Shown here: one piece after another, positions 1-9,264 of the stretch
Layout of the letters: each line of letters begins with the position of its first letter
Position numbering within the stretch: position 1 is the stretch's first letter
From: an uncultured Sphingobacteriales bacterium
Lineage (GTDB): Bacteria > Bacteroidota > Bacteroidia > CAILMK01 > CAYYUA01
Reading direction: 5' to 3'
DNA: 64,000 bases
NCBI GenBank assembly: GCA_964474835.1
Contig: CAYYUA010000011.1
Coordinates: 1,439-65,438, forward strand
Position numbers and translations under genes: made by a program
The notes under the pieces: generated by a model
The model's input: only the letters and a program-made list of their open reading frames with translations
Databases searched by the model: none
What the model was told of the DNA's origin: nothing

Positions 1-2070
1 CTGGTACTCTTCGGATAAGTCTACCCGGACCTCCATATCGTTCATCTTCACCCGCTGCTTAGCTTTAAGCTTCCCTTTTTTGGGGACTTGCTGGATGAAG
101 TACTTGCTCCCTCTGCGGAACAGGAGCTTTTTGTCGTTAGCCGATAGCTGATAACTGCTAATGGGCCCGTGTTTCATCAGCTTTTCCTTGCCAAAGTGGT
201 AGGACTTCAGCTGGGACTTGTTGTCACTGAAAGAACGCTCCACAAAAAAGAGGCGGTCTTTTACCGCGCTCAGGCCATAGTAGTTAGAGGCCTCTACCGG
301 CAGTGCCTCCATCCGGTTAGCAATTCCTTCAAAATCGATCTTCACCGCCATTGCTTCTTCATCATCCCCGTCTTCTTCCTTTTCGGCCTGCTTGTCTTCC
401 CCATCCATTGACACACGCGCATTCTCAGGCTTGAAGGGAGAAGGCGTACCCGCTTCCAGGGGAACCAGGTAGACCTTGGTCATATCGCGATAGGCGTGGT
501 TCCACTCCGTCCGGCTGTAGATGGGATCGAAGGTGCGGTTAGACGTGAAGTACAGGTAGTCTCCGTCCTTAGAAAAGTGAGGACTGGAGGAGGCATAGCG
601 CCCCCGGGTGATGGCCCTGGCTTTTTCCTCCTCGGTATCGTAGGCAAAGATCATCTGCTGCTCGTCCTGAATGGCTTTGGAGTACACCACCCAGCGACTG
701 TCCGGTGACCAGCGGTAGTCGCTAAACTCAAACTGCCTGGAGTGATCCACTTCCACCACATCGCCAGAGCTGACCTCTACGTACTTCAGCTTATTCTGCT
801 TGTTGGCAAACAGGATCTTCTTACTGTCTGGCGACCAGCGCAGGTGGTATTTGTATTCCTCGTTGCCTTCCGTAAGCTGCTGCACATCACTGCCATCAGC
901 GTCCATCACATAAACCTCATCCTCCTTGGTCCTGTCACTGATAAAGGCTAAGTGCTTCCCATCTGGGGCCCAGCGGACTTTCCGGTTGTGGACGCCCTGA
1001 GACTGGGTAAGGTTATAAGTGATGCCTTCTTCAGTTGGTAAGGAAAAGACATCGCCCCTGCCGATGGTGGCAATGCGGCTGCCGTCCGGGGCCAGGTGAT
1101 GGTTTTCCTTAAAGTCGCTGGCATCTACGCGCTTGTGGCCCGGCCCGACCTGATCATTGCTGAGGGTTACCCTTACCTTTTCCACGTCACCGGAGTTCAG
1201 GTCATAGGTGAACAGGTAACCGCCCTTGGCAAAGACAATGGCCTCCTGACCGATGGAGGGGAATTTGATATCATAGGTCTCAAATTCTGTTTCCTGCTGG
1301 ATCTCCCTTGTTTCCATATCGTAGGAGAACAGGTTCATACGCCAGCTGCGGTCTGAAAGGAAGTAGACCTTATCCTCATGCCACATCGGGATGATATCCT
1401 GCGAAGGCTTATTGGTAATGGTGCGGATCTCGCCATTTGAGCGGTCCATAATCCGCACATCATCAGCCATGCCGCCCCGGTAGTGCTTCCAGGTGCGGAA
1501 TTCCCGGAAAACCCGGTTAAAGGCCAGTTGCTCCTGATCCGGGCTGAAATCTGAAAAGCCTGCCGAGGACAGGGGCAGCATCCGGGGCATGCCGCCCTCA
1601 GCACTAGTCACCATCAAGTTGCCCTTGAAGGGGGTAATGGCATGCCAGCGGCTGCGGTAAAGAATAGAGTCCTGACCTTTCCAGCCCATCACGATGTTGT
1701 TCGGGCCCATGCGGCCGGCCATGTTATCGCGGCTGATGTTGGCGGAGTAGGTGATGCGCTGAGGCTGCCCGCCTTCAGCTGGAATGGTATAGACCTCCCG
1801 GTTGCCGTCATAGTTGGCAGTGAAGGCAATGGTTTCGCCAGAGGGCGAGAAGCGCGGAAAGGCCTCGTAGCCCTTATGGCTCGTCAGGCGCCTGGCCTCC
1901 CCGCCATTCCGGTCTACGCGGTACAGGTCGCCCCCGTAGCTAAAAACAATGGCATCCTGACTAATAGTGGGGAACCGCAGGAGTCTGGCCTCCTCTTCAG
2001 CCTGCAGTCCGGAATAACTCAATAGCATGGCCGTTAGCGCTGCAACGGCCGGCAAGAGGCTTTTCAGCAT
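1..2070 (-). CDS. Tricorn protease-like / TolB-type beta-propeller peptidase, N-terminal part; gene runs off the window start
   Basis: The minus-strand reading frame is open from ATG at 2068-2070 to position 1. The N-terminus MLKSLLPAVAALTAMLLSYSGLQA is a signal peptide, followed by repeated PD40/WD40-like beta-propeller motifs typical of tricorn-family proteases. It is absent from the ORF track, probably because it is unterminated within the window. Confidence 0.6.
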   Translation of the reverse strand, partial: MLKSLLPAVAALTAMLLSYSGLQAEEEARLLRFPTISQDAIVFSYGGDLYRVDRNGGEARRLTSHKGYEAFPRFSPSGETIAFTANYDGNREVYTIPAEGGQPQRITYSANISRDNMAGRMGPNNIVMGWKGQDSILYRSRWHAITPFKGNLMVTSAEGGMPRMLPLSSAGFSDFSPDQEQLAFNRVFREFRTWKHYRGGMADDVRIMDRSNGEIRTITNKPSQDIIPMWHEDKVYFLSDRSWRMNLFSYDMETREIQQETEFETYDIKFPSIGQEAIVFAKGGYLFTYDLNSGDVEKVRVTLSNDQVGPGHKRVDASDFKENHHLAPDGSRIATIGRGDVFSLPTEEGITYNLTQSQGVHNRKVRWAPDGKHLAFISDRTKEDEVYVMDADGSDVQQLTEGNEEYKYHLRWSPDSKKILFANKQNKLKYVEVSSGDVVEVDHSRQFEFSDYRWSPDSRWVVYSKAIQDEQQMIFAYDTEEEKARAITRGRYASSSPHFSKDGDYLYFTSNRTFDPIYSRTEWNHAYRDMTKVYLVPLEAGTPSPFKPENARVSMDGEDKQAEKEEDGDDEEAMAVKIDFEGIANRMEALPVEASNYYGLSAVKDRLFFVERSFSDNKSQLKSYHFGKEKLMKHGPISSYQLSANDKKLLFRRGSKYFIQQVPKKGKLKAKQRVKMNDMEVRVDLSEEYQ

Positions 2071-2121
2071 AATGTTTGTTCCTTTGATTGGCTATTTAAA
2101 AAGCCAAAGCTAACAATTTCC

Positions 2122-2904
2122 ATGTGCAGCCACTTACAGCTTTTCCGATGGGCTTTTTTGCTGGTCCTGAGCATTTCAGGGCTCACCATAACAGGTTGCG
2201 GCTCCTCCTCCGGGGAGAAAGGGAGCAACAAAGCAGAACGCATTATCCAGGAAGCAGTGAAAAAGCACGGTGGCGCCAATTACAAGGAGGCTGCCGTGAA
2301 CTTCCGGTTCCGCGATAAGCAGTACCGGACCGTGATCGATGAGGGGCGATACCGCTATACCCGGCAGTACAAGGATTCAGGTGGCGTTCAGATACAGGAA
2401 GTGCTGACCAATGACAGCGTTTACCGCAAAGTGAATGGCGAACGGGCTGAGCTTGATGGTGAAACCAGGCAGGGAATCAAGGGCTCGCTAAATGCCATTA
2501 ACTACTTCTTTCTGCTACCCTATCATTTAACGGACCAGCAGGTTTCACCCACTTATATCGACAGTGTGCAGATCGAGGGCGAGCCTTACTACAAGATCCG
2601 CGTCACGTTTGATCAGGCTGAGCAAAGCAATGCCCATGAGGATATTTACCTCTACTGGTTTCATACTGATCATTACACCATGGATTACCTGGCTTACCGG
2701 TTTTTTGTGAATGGCGGGGGCATGCGCTTCCGGGTAGCCAACAATGTGCGGGAGAAAGGCGGCATTCGCTTTCAGGACTACCTGAACCTGGCACCAAAGT
2801 CCGATGGAGCAGACTTTATGAAAATTGACAGCCTGTACAAGGAAGGCGAGCTGGAGAAGGTTTCAGAGATCAATAAGGACAGCATCCGGGTAAAGGCCCT
2901 CTAG
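2122..2904 (+). CDS. Hypothetical lipoprotein
   Basis: Lipoprotein signal (LSISGLTITGC) followed by a Ser/Gly linker; no recognisable catalytic motif. Confidence 0.5.
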   Translation: MCSHLQLFRWAFLLVLSISGLTITGCGSSSGEKGSNKAERIIQEAVKKHGGANYKEAAVNFRFRDKQYRTVIDEGRYRYTRQYKDSGGVQIQEVLTNDSVYRKVNGERAELDGETRQGIKGSLNAINYFFLLPYHLTDQQVSPTYIDSVQIEGEPYYKIRVTFDQAEQSNAHEDIYLYWFHTDHYTMDYLAYRFFVNGGGMRFRVANNVREKGGIRFQDYLNLAPKSDGADFMKIDSLYKEGELEKVSEINKDSIRVKAL

Positions 2905-2915
2905 CGGCAGGCAGC

Positions 2916-3746
2916 ATGCGGAAAATGCCAGTACGGGTATTGGTCGGGATTGCCGGCATTCTGTTAGTGGCTTACGGCCTTTACCTTTTCCTGATCTACG
3001 AGGCGCAGAAATCCCTGATCTTTCAGCCCAAGCCTGTTCCTGAGAGTTACGAATACCAATATGACCACATCGACACAGCTGCCGTGTCACCGGTCATAAA
3101 AGGGCAGGACAGCCTGCGCCTGAGTACCCTCCTTTTTGAGCACGCCAACCCAAAGGGCATTCTGGTCTTTTACCATGGCAATGCGGATAACCTCGCTGAC
3201 ATCCAAGAGCCGGTTGAGCGGTTCTACCGCCGGGGTTATCATGTCCTGATCTGGGACTACCGGGAGTACGGAAAGACCGGAGGCACCCTCACCTACGAGA
3301 ACCTGCGGAGGGATGCCATGCAGGTTGCCCGCTATGCCGATAGCAGCTATGCCCTCCCTGTGATCCCCTTTGGCCGGTCCCTTGGTACGGCCCTGGCAGC
3401 CCATGTAGCTGCTAAGTTGCAGGTGCCTGAAGTTTTGCTGCAGTCTCCTTTTTACTCCTTCCAAGCCCTGGGGCCGCACTACCTGAAAGGTGTGCCCTTT
3501 GAGCTATTGCTTCATTTTCCCTTCAATACGTACCGGTCCTTAAAGCAGTACAAGGGGCAAATCGGAGTTATTCATGGTCAGGAGGATTTCATCATTCCTT
3601 TTGAGCAATCCCGTATGCTGCAGGATAGCCTGCGAACTGATCGCTTTCACTTACAACCATCCCGGGAAGCCGGGCACAACACCCTTCCTTTCTATCCGAC
3701 CTATTACATCTGGCTGGATCGATGGCTCGGTAAGCCGGTGTCCTGA
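2916..3746 (+). CDS. Alpha/beta hydrolase fold protein with N-terminal membrane anchor
   Basis: N-terminal TM helix. FYHGNADN and GRSLG (GxSxG-like) motifs; family-level call only. Confidence 0.6.
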   Translation: MRKMPVRVLVGIAGILLVAYGLYLFLIYEAQKSLIFQPKPVPESYEYQYDHIDTAAVSPVIKGQDSLRLSTLLFEHANPKGILVFYHGNADNLADIQEPVERFYRRGYHVLIWDYREYGKTGGTLTYENLRRDAMQVARYADSSYALPVIPFGRSLGTALAAHVAAKLQVPEVLLQSPFYSFQALGPHYLKGVPFELLLHFPFNTYRSLKQYKGQIGVIHGQEDFIIPFEQSRMLQDSLRTDRFHLQPSREAGHNTLPFYPTYYIWLDRWLGKPVS

Positions 3747-3830
3747 GGCATTGTCACTATTCGGGCATAAAAAAAGGGGAAGCTCAAAAGCTTCCCCTTT
3801 TCTGAAAAATCGGTATGCTTACTAAGAGGC

Positions 3831-5144
3831 TTAGTAGCGGTAGGAGTCGTTCTTGAACGGGCCTTCTTGGTTAACACCAATGTAATTGGCTTGCTCAGTG
3901 TTGAGCTGTTCAAGATGGGCATTGATCTTTTCAAGGTGCAGAGCAGCAACCTTTTCGTCAAGGTGCTTCGGCAGGACGTACACGTTGTTATCGTACTTGT
4001 CATTGTTGTTGAAAAGATCAATCTGAGCCAGTACCTGATTGGAGAAGGAACTGGACATCACAAAGGATGGGTGCCCCGTAGCCACGCCAAGGTTCATCAG
4101 GCGACCGGAAGCCAGCAGGATGATTTCCTTGCCATCAATGTCGAACTTGTCAACCTGTGGCTTCAGGTTATCCTTCTTGGCATTTTCTTCCAGCCAGCTG
4201 ACGTCAATCTCGTTGTCGAAGTGGCCGATGTTACCAACGATGGCCTTATCCTTCATCTTGCGGAAGTGACGCTCAGTAATGACGTCCTTATTACCAGTAG
4301 CGGTAATAAAGATATCAGCAACCTCAGCAGCTTCATCCATGGTCTTGACCTCATAGCCTTCCATGGCAGCCTGCAGGGCGCAGATCGGGTCTACTTCAGT
4401 AATAATGACGCGGGCGCCAGCACCGGCTAAGGACTCAGCACTGCCCTTGCCAACATCACCAAAACCGGCAACAACTGCTACCTTACCGGCCATCATGATA
4501 TCGGTACCACGGCGCAGAGCGTCTACACAGGACTCACGGCAGCCGTAAACATTATCAAACTTGGACTTGGTGACGGAATCGTTAACGTTAATGGACGGGA
4601 CTGGAAGCGTACCAGCCTTTTCACGTTGGTAAAGGCGAAGAACGCCCGTAGTGGTTTCTTCAGAAAGGCCGTAGATATCCTTAGTGAGTTCAGGATATTC
4701 GCTAAGTACCTTTTCGGTAAGGTCGCCACCATCATCCAGGATCAGGTTAAGCGGACGGTTTTCATCACCAAAGAAAAGGGTTTGCTCAATGCACCAGTCG
4801 TACTCTTCTTCTGTTTCACCCTTCCAGGCAAAGACCGGTACCTCAGCATCTCTGGCTACGGCTGCAGCGGCTTCATCCTGAGTGGAGAAGATATTGCAAG
4901 AGGACCAGCGTACCTCGGCACCCAGTTCCGTCAGGGTTTCGATCAATACAGCGGTTTGCACGGTCATGTGCAGGCAACCGGCAATGCGGGCACCCTTCAG
5001 GGGCTTTTGTGCGCCATACTCCTCACGGAGGGCGATCAGGCCCGGCATTTCAGCTTCTGCTAAACGGATTTCCTTGCGACCCCAGTCGGCAAGGTTGATG
5101 TCTTTTACAGAATAGGCTAAGTTCTCAAACTTCGTTTCTGGCAT
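3831..5144 (-). CDS. ahcY: Adenosylhomocysteinase (S-adenosyl-L-homocysteine hydrolase)
   Basis: 437 aa with the typical AhcY N-terminus ([15 protein letters not shown]...PGLMALR) and NAD-binding GxGxxG (GFGDVGKG). Confidence 0.93.
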   Translation of the reverse strand: MPETKFENLAYSVKDINLADWGRKEIRLAEAEMPGLIALREEYGAQKPLKGARIAGCLHMTVQTAVLIETLTELGAEVRWSSCNIFSTQDEAAAAVARDAEVPVFAWKGETEEEYDWCIEQTLFFGDENRPLNLILDDGGDLTEKVLSEYPELTKDIYGLSEETTTGVLRLYQREKAGTLPVPSINVNDSVTKSKFDNVYGCRESCVDALRRGTDIMMAGKVAVVAGFGDVGKGSAESLAGAGARVIITEVDPICALQAAMEGYEVKTMDEAAEVADIFITATGNKDVITERHFRKMKDKAIVGNIGHFDNEIDVSWLEENAKKDNLKPQVDKFDIDGKEIILLASGRLMNLGVATGHPSFVMSSSFSNQVLAQIDLFNNNDKYDNNVYVLPKHLDEKVAALHLEKINAHLEQLNTEQANYIGVNQEGPFKNDSYRY

Positions 5145-5368
5145 AATCAGATCACTTTTAGTTTAAAATGGTTAATGGTTTAAAAAAATCCTTTACAGCG
5201 ACATAGTCAGCTTCAAAACAACGATACATTTTTCTAGTTCACAGTGGTGCTAAAAGCTAAGTGAAATTGCTTTAAGCAGTATGCCAATCAGGCATACCCA
5301 CTGCAAATCAAGGTGCGAAAATACGGTTTTTTATCATATATGCAACTGGGTGCCACGCCCTTCCCCGT

Positions 5369-5656
5369 TCAGGAGGGGTTTAAGGGCTGAAGGTGCTCTT
5401 CGCAGTAGGCTTTGAAGGAGTCAAACTCCGCTTTGCTCGCTATTTCCCAGAACTGGTCGCGAAGTTGGATCATATCCTCGATCAGGTTCCGGTCGGGCAG
5501 GATTTGCGCCTGATAAGTGTGGGTTTCGTAAAACCCACCCATGGTCTTGATCTCCTCGAAGTAACTGTAGGAATGAATTTTAAAATAGGTCCGCTCGTCA
5601 GCATACTTGCGGAATACCGGGAAAGTAATATCAGCCATCCCTTCGTTTGTTGCCAT
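5369..5656 (-). CDS. Small hypothetical protein (95 aa after start trimming)
   Basis: ORF-track ORF 5369..5740 trimmed to the internal Met (MATNEG...), because the upstream part overlaps tRNA-Leu. Confidence 0.35.
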   Translation of the reverse strand: MATNEGMADITFPVFRKYADERTYFKIHSYSYFEEIKTMGGFYETHTYQAQILPDRNLIEDMIQLRDQFWEIASKAEFDSFKAYCEEHLQPLNPS

Positions 5657-5683
5657 GCCACTTTGCACTTTCAGCGAGAGAGG

Positions 5684-5768
5684 TGCCCAGGGTGGGACTT
5701 GAACCCACACAGCCGCGATGGCCACATGGCCCTCAACCATGCGCGTCTACCAATTCCGCCACCTGGGC
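5684..5768 (-). tRNA. tRNA-Leu (anticodon GAG)
   Basis: The reverse complement folds as a class II tRNA. Acceptor GCCCAGG/CCTGGGC, anticodon loop TTGAGGG, long variable arm, T-loop TTCAAGT; 85 nt, CCA not encoded. Confidence 0.85.
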
Positions 5769-5791
5769 TTGGTATGCAATGCCTGCGGTCG

Positions 5792-5865
5792 TGGTCCTAT
5801 CAGGACTTGAACCTGAAACCTACAGCTTAGAAGGCTGTCGCTCTATCCGGTTGAGCTATAGGACC
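5792..5865 (-). tRNA. tRNA-Arg (anticodon TCT)
   Basis: Reverse complement GGTCCTATAGCTCAACCGGATAGAGC...CTTCTAA...GGTTCAAGTCCTGATAGGACCA; 74 nt cloverleaf, anticodon loop CTTCTAA. Confidence 0.85.
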
Positions 5866-6001
5866 GCCTTAGCAATTGCAGCTTCTGTTTGCATTTTGCT
5901 GCAAACAGGAGTGTTGCAAACATACCAAATTTTGACAAGGCAGGGAAAAGCCTGCTTTCAGGAAAGGGTTTAGTGTCAGTGCTATCCCAAGCACCTTGCG
6001 G

Positions 6002-6973
6002 CTACCTATCCTTTGAAACCTCAGCATTGTTGTTATGCTGCTGATCCGTATCTGCTTTAGCGTGCTGGTCTGACTCCTCTTTTGGCTGGCGGGTGGGTTT
6101 TTTGGTAAGGGGAAAGAGGATTTGCCCGAAAAAGGTATTGGGCATTTCGTCATCTTCAGGGTAACCGATCTGTATGTCTCTCCCGCTGTGCGGCTCCTCA
6201 GCTGTGCCGAACAGGTAATCCCAGATGCTTAGCGAAAGCGCAAAATTGATCCCATGCGTCCGGTGTTCCGGCAGATTCTTCACGTGGTGCCACTTGTGGA
6301 ACTGGGGGTTGTTGACAATGTAGCGGAGCGGACCCAGAGGGAGGTAAATATTGGAGTGATTGAAATGCCCGATGACCAGCGCTATGATGTGCACCAGGAA
6401 AAATTCCTGAATCCCGAAGCCAATCATGGCCAGCGGAAGGTATTCCACAGTCCGGTAGGCAACAGTTTCCATCCAGTGGAAGCGCAGATGGGTAGCAAAG
6501 CCCAGCTCGCGGGCTGAATGGTGGACTTTGTGAAATTCCCAAAGGAAAGGACTGGTGTGCATCAGCCGGTGGACATTCCACTGGATGAAGTCCCGCAACA
6601 CAAACATGAGCAAGAGCTGGGTCCAGGCTGGCCAGGTATTGATCGTAATAGCCACTAAGTTTGTGACACCCAGCTGAGCCAGCCCATCATTGAAGGCCTT
6701 TACAGCCACATTCGATACGGCATTGTAGCCTACCAGGGAAAAGAGGAAAAAATTGAAGAACATGTAGAAGGCATCCAGCGAGAAGTCCTGCCACACGATT
6801 TTTTCCCGCTTATACCAGGGCCGCAGCCCTTCCCAGATCAGGAAAAACGCAGAAACCCCGATCAGCCAGTAGAAGTAATTATCCCAGGCGGGGCTGCTGA
6901 TTTCAGTTACCAGGTAGTTCCAGTAGTTGACGAAAGACTGTGTGAAGATTTCCCAATAGCTATTACCGGCCAT
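6002..6973 (-). CDS. Sterol desaturase / fatty-acid hydroxylase superfamily membrane protein
   Basis: Multiple TM helices and three histidine boxes (HRLMH, HKVHH, HKWHH). Confidence 0.8.
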   Translation of the reverse strand: MAGNSYWEIFTQSFVNYWNYLVTEISSPAWDNYFYWLIGVSAFFLIWEGLRPWYKREKIVWQDFSLDAFYMFFNFFLFSLVGYNAVSNVAVKAFNDGLAQLGVTNLVAITINTWPAWTQLLLMFVLRDFIQWNVHRLMHTSPFLWEFHKVHHSARELGFATHLRFHWMETVAYRTVEYLPLAMIGFGIQEFFLVHIIALVIGHFNHSNIYLPLGPLRYIVNNPQFHKWHHVKNLPEHRTHGINFALSLSIWDYLFGTAEEPHSGRDIQIGYPEDDEMPNTFFGQILFPLTKKPTRQPKEESDQHAKADTDQQHNNNAEVSKDR

Positions 6974-7104
6974 ATTCCTGCTGCACTTTTGGTTTGTTTA
7001 GCAATTCCGATGAGCAAACCGGCTGCCAATCTTCCGGGCTTTTCGATGCCAGGGACAGGGCTTGCAACTGCCTCAAAGTAAAAAGAGAGCTGTCAGTTAT
7101 CAGT

Positions 7105-7243
7105 CTTATTTACGGTTCCGCTTGCAGCGTTCGCTGCAGTATTTCACGTTCTCCCAGTTTTTAGCCCACTTTTTCCGCCAGGTAAAAGGTTTTCCACAAA
7201 CCGGGCAGGTCTTAGTGGGCAGGTTTTCCTTTTTGTTACCCAT
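7105..7243 (-). pseudogene. DUF2256-type zinc-ribbon small protein, apparently frameshifted
   Basis: Minus-strand ATG at 7241-7243 gives [14 protein letters not shown]. The conserved continuation [31 protein letters not shown] is in the +1 frame, after a C-run (cccggg) around 7198-7203. Confidence 0.5.
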
Positions 7244-7432
7244 AGGCGGCTCTGATCACTGCTTTTCGTCTCCCCATACAACAAATGACCGCGCTGTTGG
7301 TGTAAGCTTTCTCAACGCATATTTGTTTAAGCTGCTGACGGGCTCCATGCCGGTTTTTGAGTGTCAGCTCAGAGAGGAAGTATGAGCATGGTAAATTCCT
7401 AAATTTGCACGCTCTTTAAACCTACTTTCAGC

Positions 7433-8491
7433 ATGGTCAAATTATCCGAGTTTGAATTCCCTTATGATGATAAGTTAGTAGCGCAGGAACCGGTTGAGTA
7501 TCGGGATGACTCCCGGCTAATGGTGGTCAACCGTGAAGATAGCAATATTGAACACCGGAATTTCCGGGAGTTTGTTGAGTACTTTCAGGAAGGAGATGTA
7601 GTCATTGTTAACAACACGCAGGTCTTCCCGGCCCGCCTTTATGGGAAAAAGGAGAAGACTGAAGCCGATATTGAGGTTCTCCTGCTCCGGGAGCTGAACC
7701 CTGAGATCCGCCTGTGGGACGTGTTGGTGGATCCGGCACGGAAAATCCGGGTCGGCAATAAGCTTTACTTTGGCCAGGATGACAATGATCCGCTCGTAGC
7801 AGAGGTTGTGGACAATACCACTTCCCGTGGTCGCACCATTCGCTTTTTGTTTGATGGTTCTGACGAGGAGTTCTATGCGGCTCTGGATCGGCAGGGTGAG
7901 ACTCCGCTGCCCCAATATATTGACCGGAAGGCCAAGGATTTTGACCGGGATAAGTATCAGACCATTTTCGCTAAGAACAAAGGAGCTATTGCAGCCCCTG
8001 CAGCCGGGATGCACATTTCCCGCGAGGTTCTGAAGTGGTTTGAGATCAAGGGAATTGAGCTGGCAGAGGTAACGCTCCACATCGGCATGGGCTCATTCCG
8101 GGATATTGAAGTGGAAGACCTGTCCAAGCACAAAATGGATTCCGAAAACTATCACATTCCGCAGGAAACGGCAGATAAGGTTAACCGGGCCCTGGCTAAC
8201 CGCCAGCGCGTCTGTGCAGTGGGCACTTCTACCCTGCGGGCTATAGAGTCCTCTGTTTCAGCTAATGGCTACCTGAATCCGGCCGAGGGCTGGACTGAGA
8301 AATTCATATTCCCGCCCTTCCGCTTTCATATCGCTAACTCCCTGATCACGAACTTCCATCAGCCCAAGTCCGCTTTCCTGATCTCAGCCACGGCCTTTGG
8401 CGGCTTTGATAACATGCGGAAGGCCTACGAGGAAGCTGTTAAAGAAAAGTACCGGTTCCTGGATTATGGTGATTCAATGCTTATCCTTTAA
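7433..8491 (+). CDS. queA: S-adenosylmethionine:tRNA ribosyltransferase-isomerase
   Basis: 352 aa with QueA-typical N-terminus ([17 protein letters not shown]...) and length. Confidence 0.9.
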   Translation: MVKLSEFEFPYDDKLVAQEPVEYRDDSRLMVVNREDSNIEHRNFREFVEYFQEGDVVIVNNTQVFPARLYGKKEKTEADIEVLLLRELNPEIRLWDVLVDPARKIRVGNKLYFGQDDNDPLVAEVVDNTTSRGRTIRFLFDGSDEEFYAALDRQGETPLPQYIDRKAKDFDRDKYQTIFAKNKGAIAAPAAGMHISREVLKWFEIKGIELAEVTLHIGMGSFRDIEVEDLSKHKMDSENYHIPQETADKVNRALANRQRVCAVGTSTLRAIESSVSANGYLNPAEGWTEKFIFPPFRFHIANSLITNFHQPKSAFLISATAFGGFDNMRKAYEEAVKEKYRFLDYGDSMLIL

Positions 8492-8502
8492 GCCAGCGCC
8501 TG

Positions 8503-9183
8503 TTGCCTAAGCGGTATATGATAGTGACGGCTGGCGGCCTGGGGACGCGGATTCCGAGCCACGTTCCCAAGCAGTTTATTGAGCTGGGCCAGCAACCACT
8601 ACTGGCGCACACCCTTTATCAGTGCTATCAGGCCCTGCCATTTGACGAAATCCTGCTAACCCTGCCTGCTGATTACCGCTCCTACTGGGAAGAGCTTTAC
8701 AAGGCCGTTAGCCCTAAGGTCCCGCACCGCATTGTCGATGGTGGGCAGGAGCGGTTTGACTCCGTTAAGGCGGCCCTTAGCACCCTCGAGGCCGGGGACG
8801 GCCTTGTGGGTATTCATGACGGGGTGCGACCGTTTGCCAGCGCTGCCCTGATAGCGGAAGCTTTTACGGTAGCTGCCAGTCAGCAGGCAGCCGTTCCGCT
8901 GGTTAAGGTCAGGGATTCCCTGCGGATCCAGACCAATGATCAGTGGATGCCTTTGGATCGTAGCCTGGTACGAAAAGTTCAGACGCCTCAGGTTTTTGAC
9001 CTGCAGGATCTCCGGGAGGCCTATGAGCAGGCTGGTGATCAGCCCTCAACCGATGATGCGCAGATCTGGGAGAAAGCTGGCCATAGCCTGACTTTCATTG
9101 ACGGGGAGGCGGCTAACTTTAAGCTAACCAGCGACACTGACCTGGCCTATGCCCGTTTTGTTTTTCAGTATGGAACAACATAG
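8503..9183 (+). CDS. ispD: 2-C-methyl-D-erythritol 4-phosphate cytidylyltransferase
   Basis: N-terminal IVTAGGLGTR nucleotidyltransferase motif; 226 aa. Confidence 0.88.
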   Translation: MPKRYMIVTAGGLGTRIPSHVPKQFIELGQQPLLAHTLYQCYQALPFDEILLTLPADYRSYWEELYKAVSPKVPHRIVDGGQERFDSVKAALSTLEAGDGLVGIHDGVRPFASAALIAEAFTVAASQQAAVPLVKVRDSLRIQTNDQWMPLDRSLVRKVQTPQVFDLQDLREAYEQAGDQPSTDDAQIWEKAGHSLTFIDGEAANFKLTSDTDLAYARFVFQYGTT

Positions 9184-9247
9184 CTATAGATTGGTTAACC
9201 CATCTACTCGCTAATTCATATTTTTGCTTGTGTAATTCTGCCAAAAA

Positions 9248-9253
9248 AGGAGG
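9248..9253 (+). promoter_or_regulatory. Strong Shine-Dalgarno (AGGAGG), 11 nt upstream of the rpsA ATG
   Basis: aaaaaaggaggaatgtcattcaATG, with an upstream TAnnTTTG-like -7 box (tatttttg). Confidence 0.5.
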
Positions 9254-9264
9254 AATGTCATTCA

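Noticed and set aside
3867-5063. Plus-strand ORFs (187 aa, 145 aa and others) overlapping ahcY
   Set aside because: They are antisense to a highly conserved enzyme gene and have no recognisable motifs.
5145-5368. Possible SAH riboswitch upstream of ahcY
   Set aside because: No match to the conserved SAH-element core by eye. Only a generic hairpin was found, reported separately as low-interest.
5657-5740. N-terminal 28 codons of ORF 5369..5740
   Set aside because: This stretch overlaps tRNA-Leu(GAG) on the same strand, so the CDS was trimmed to the internal Met at 5656.
7062-7385. 107-aa plus-strand ORF in the ORF track
   Set aside because: It lies antisense to the conserved DUF2256 zinc-ribbon gene and has no protein-like features. 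The coding signal is on the minus strand.
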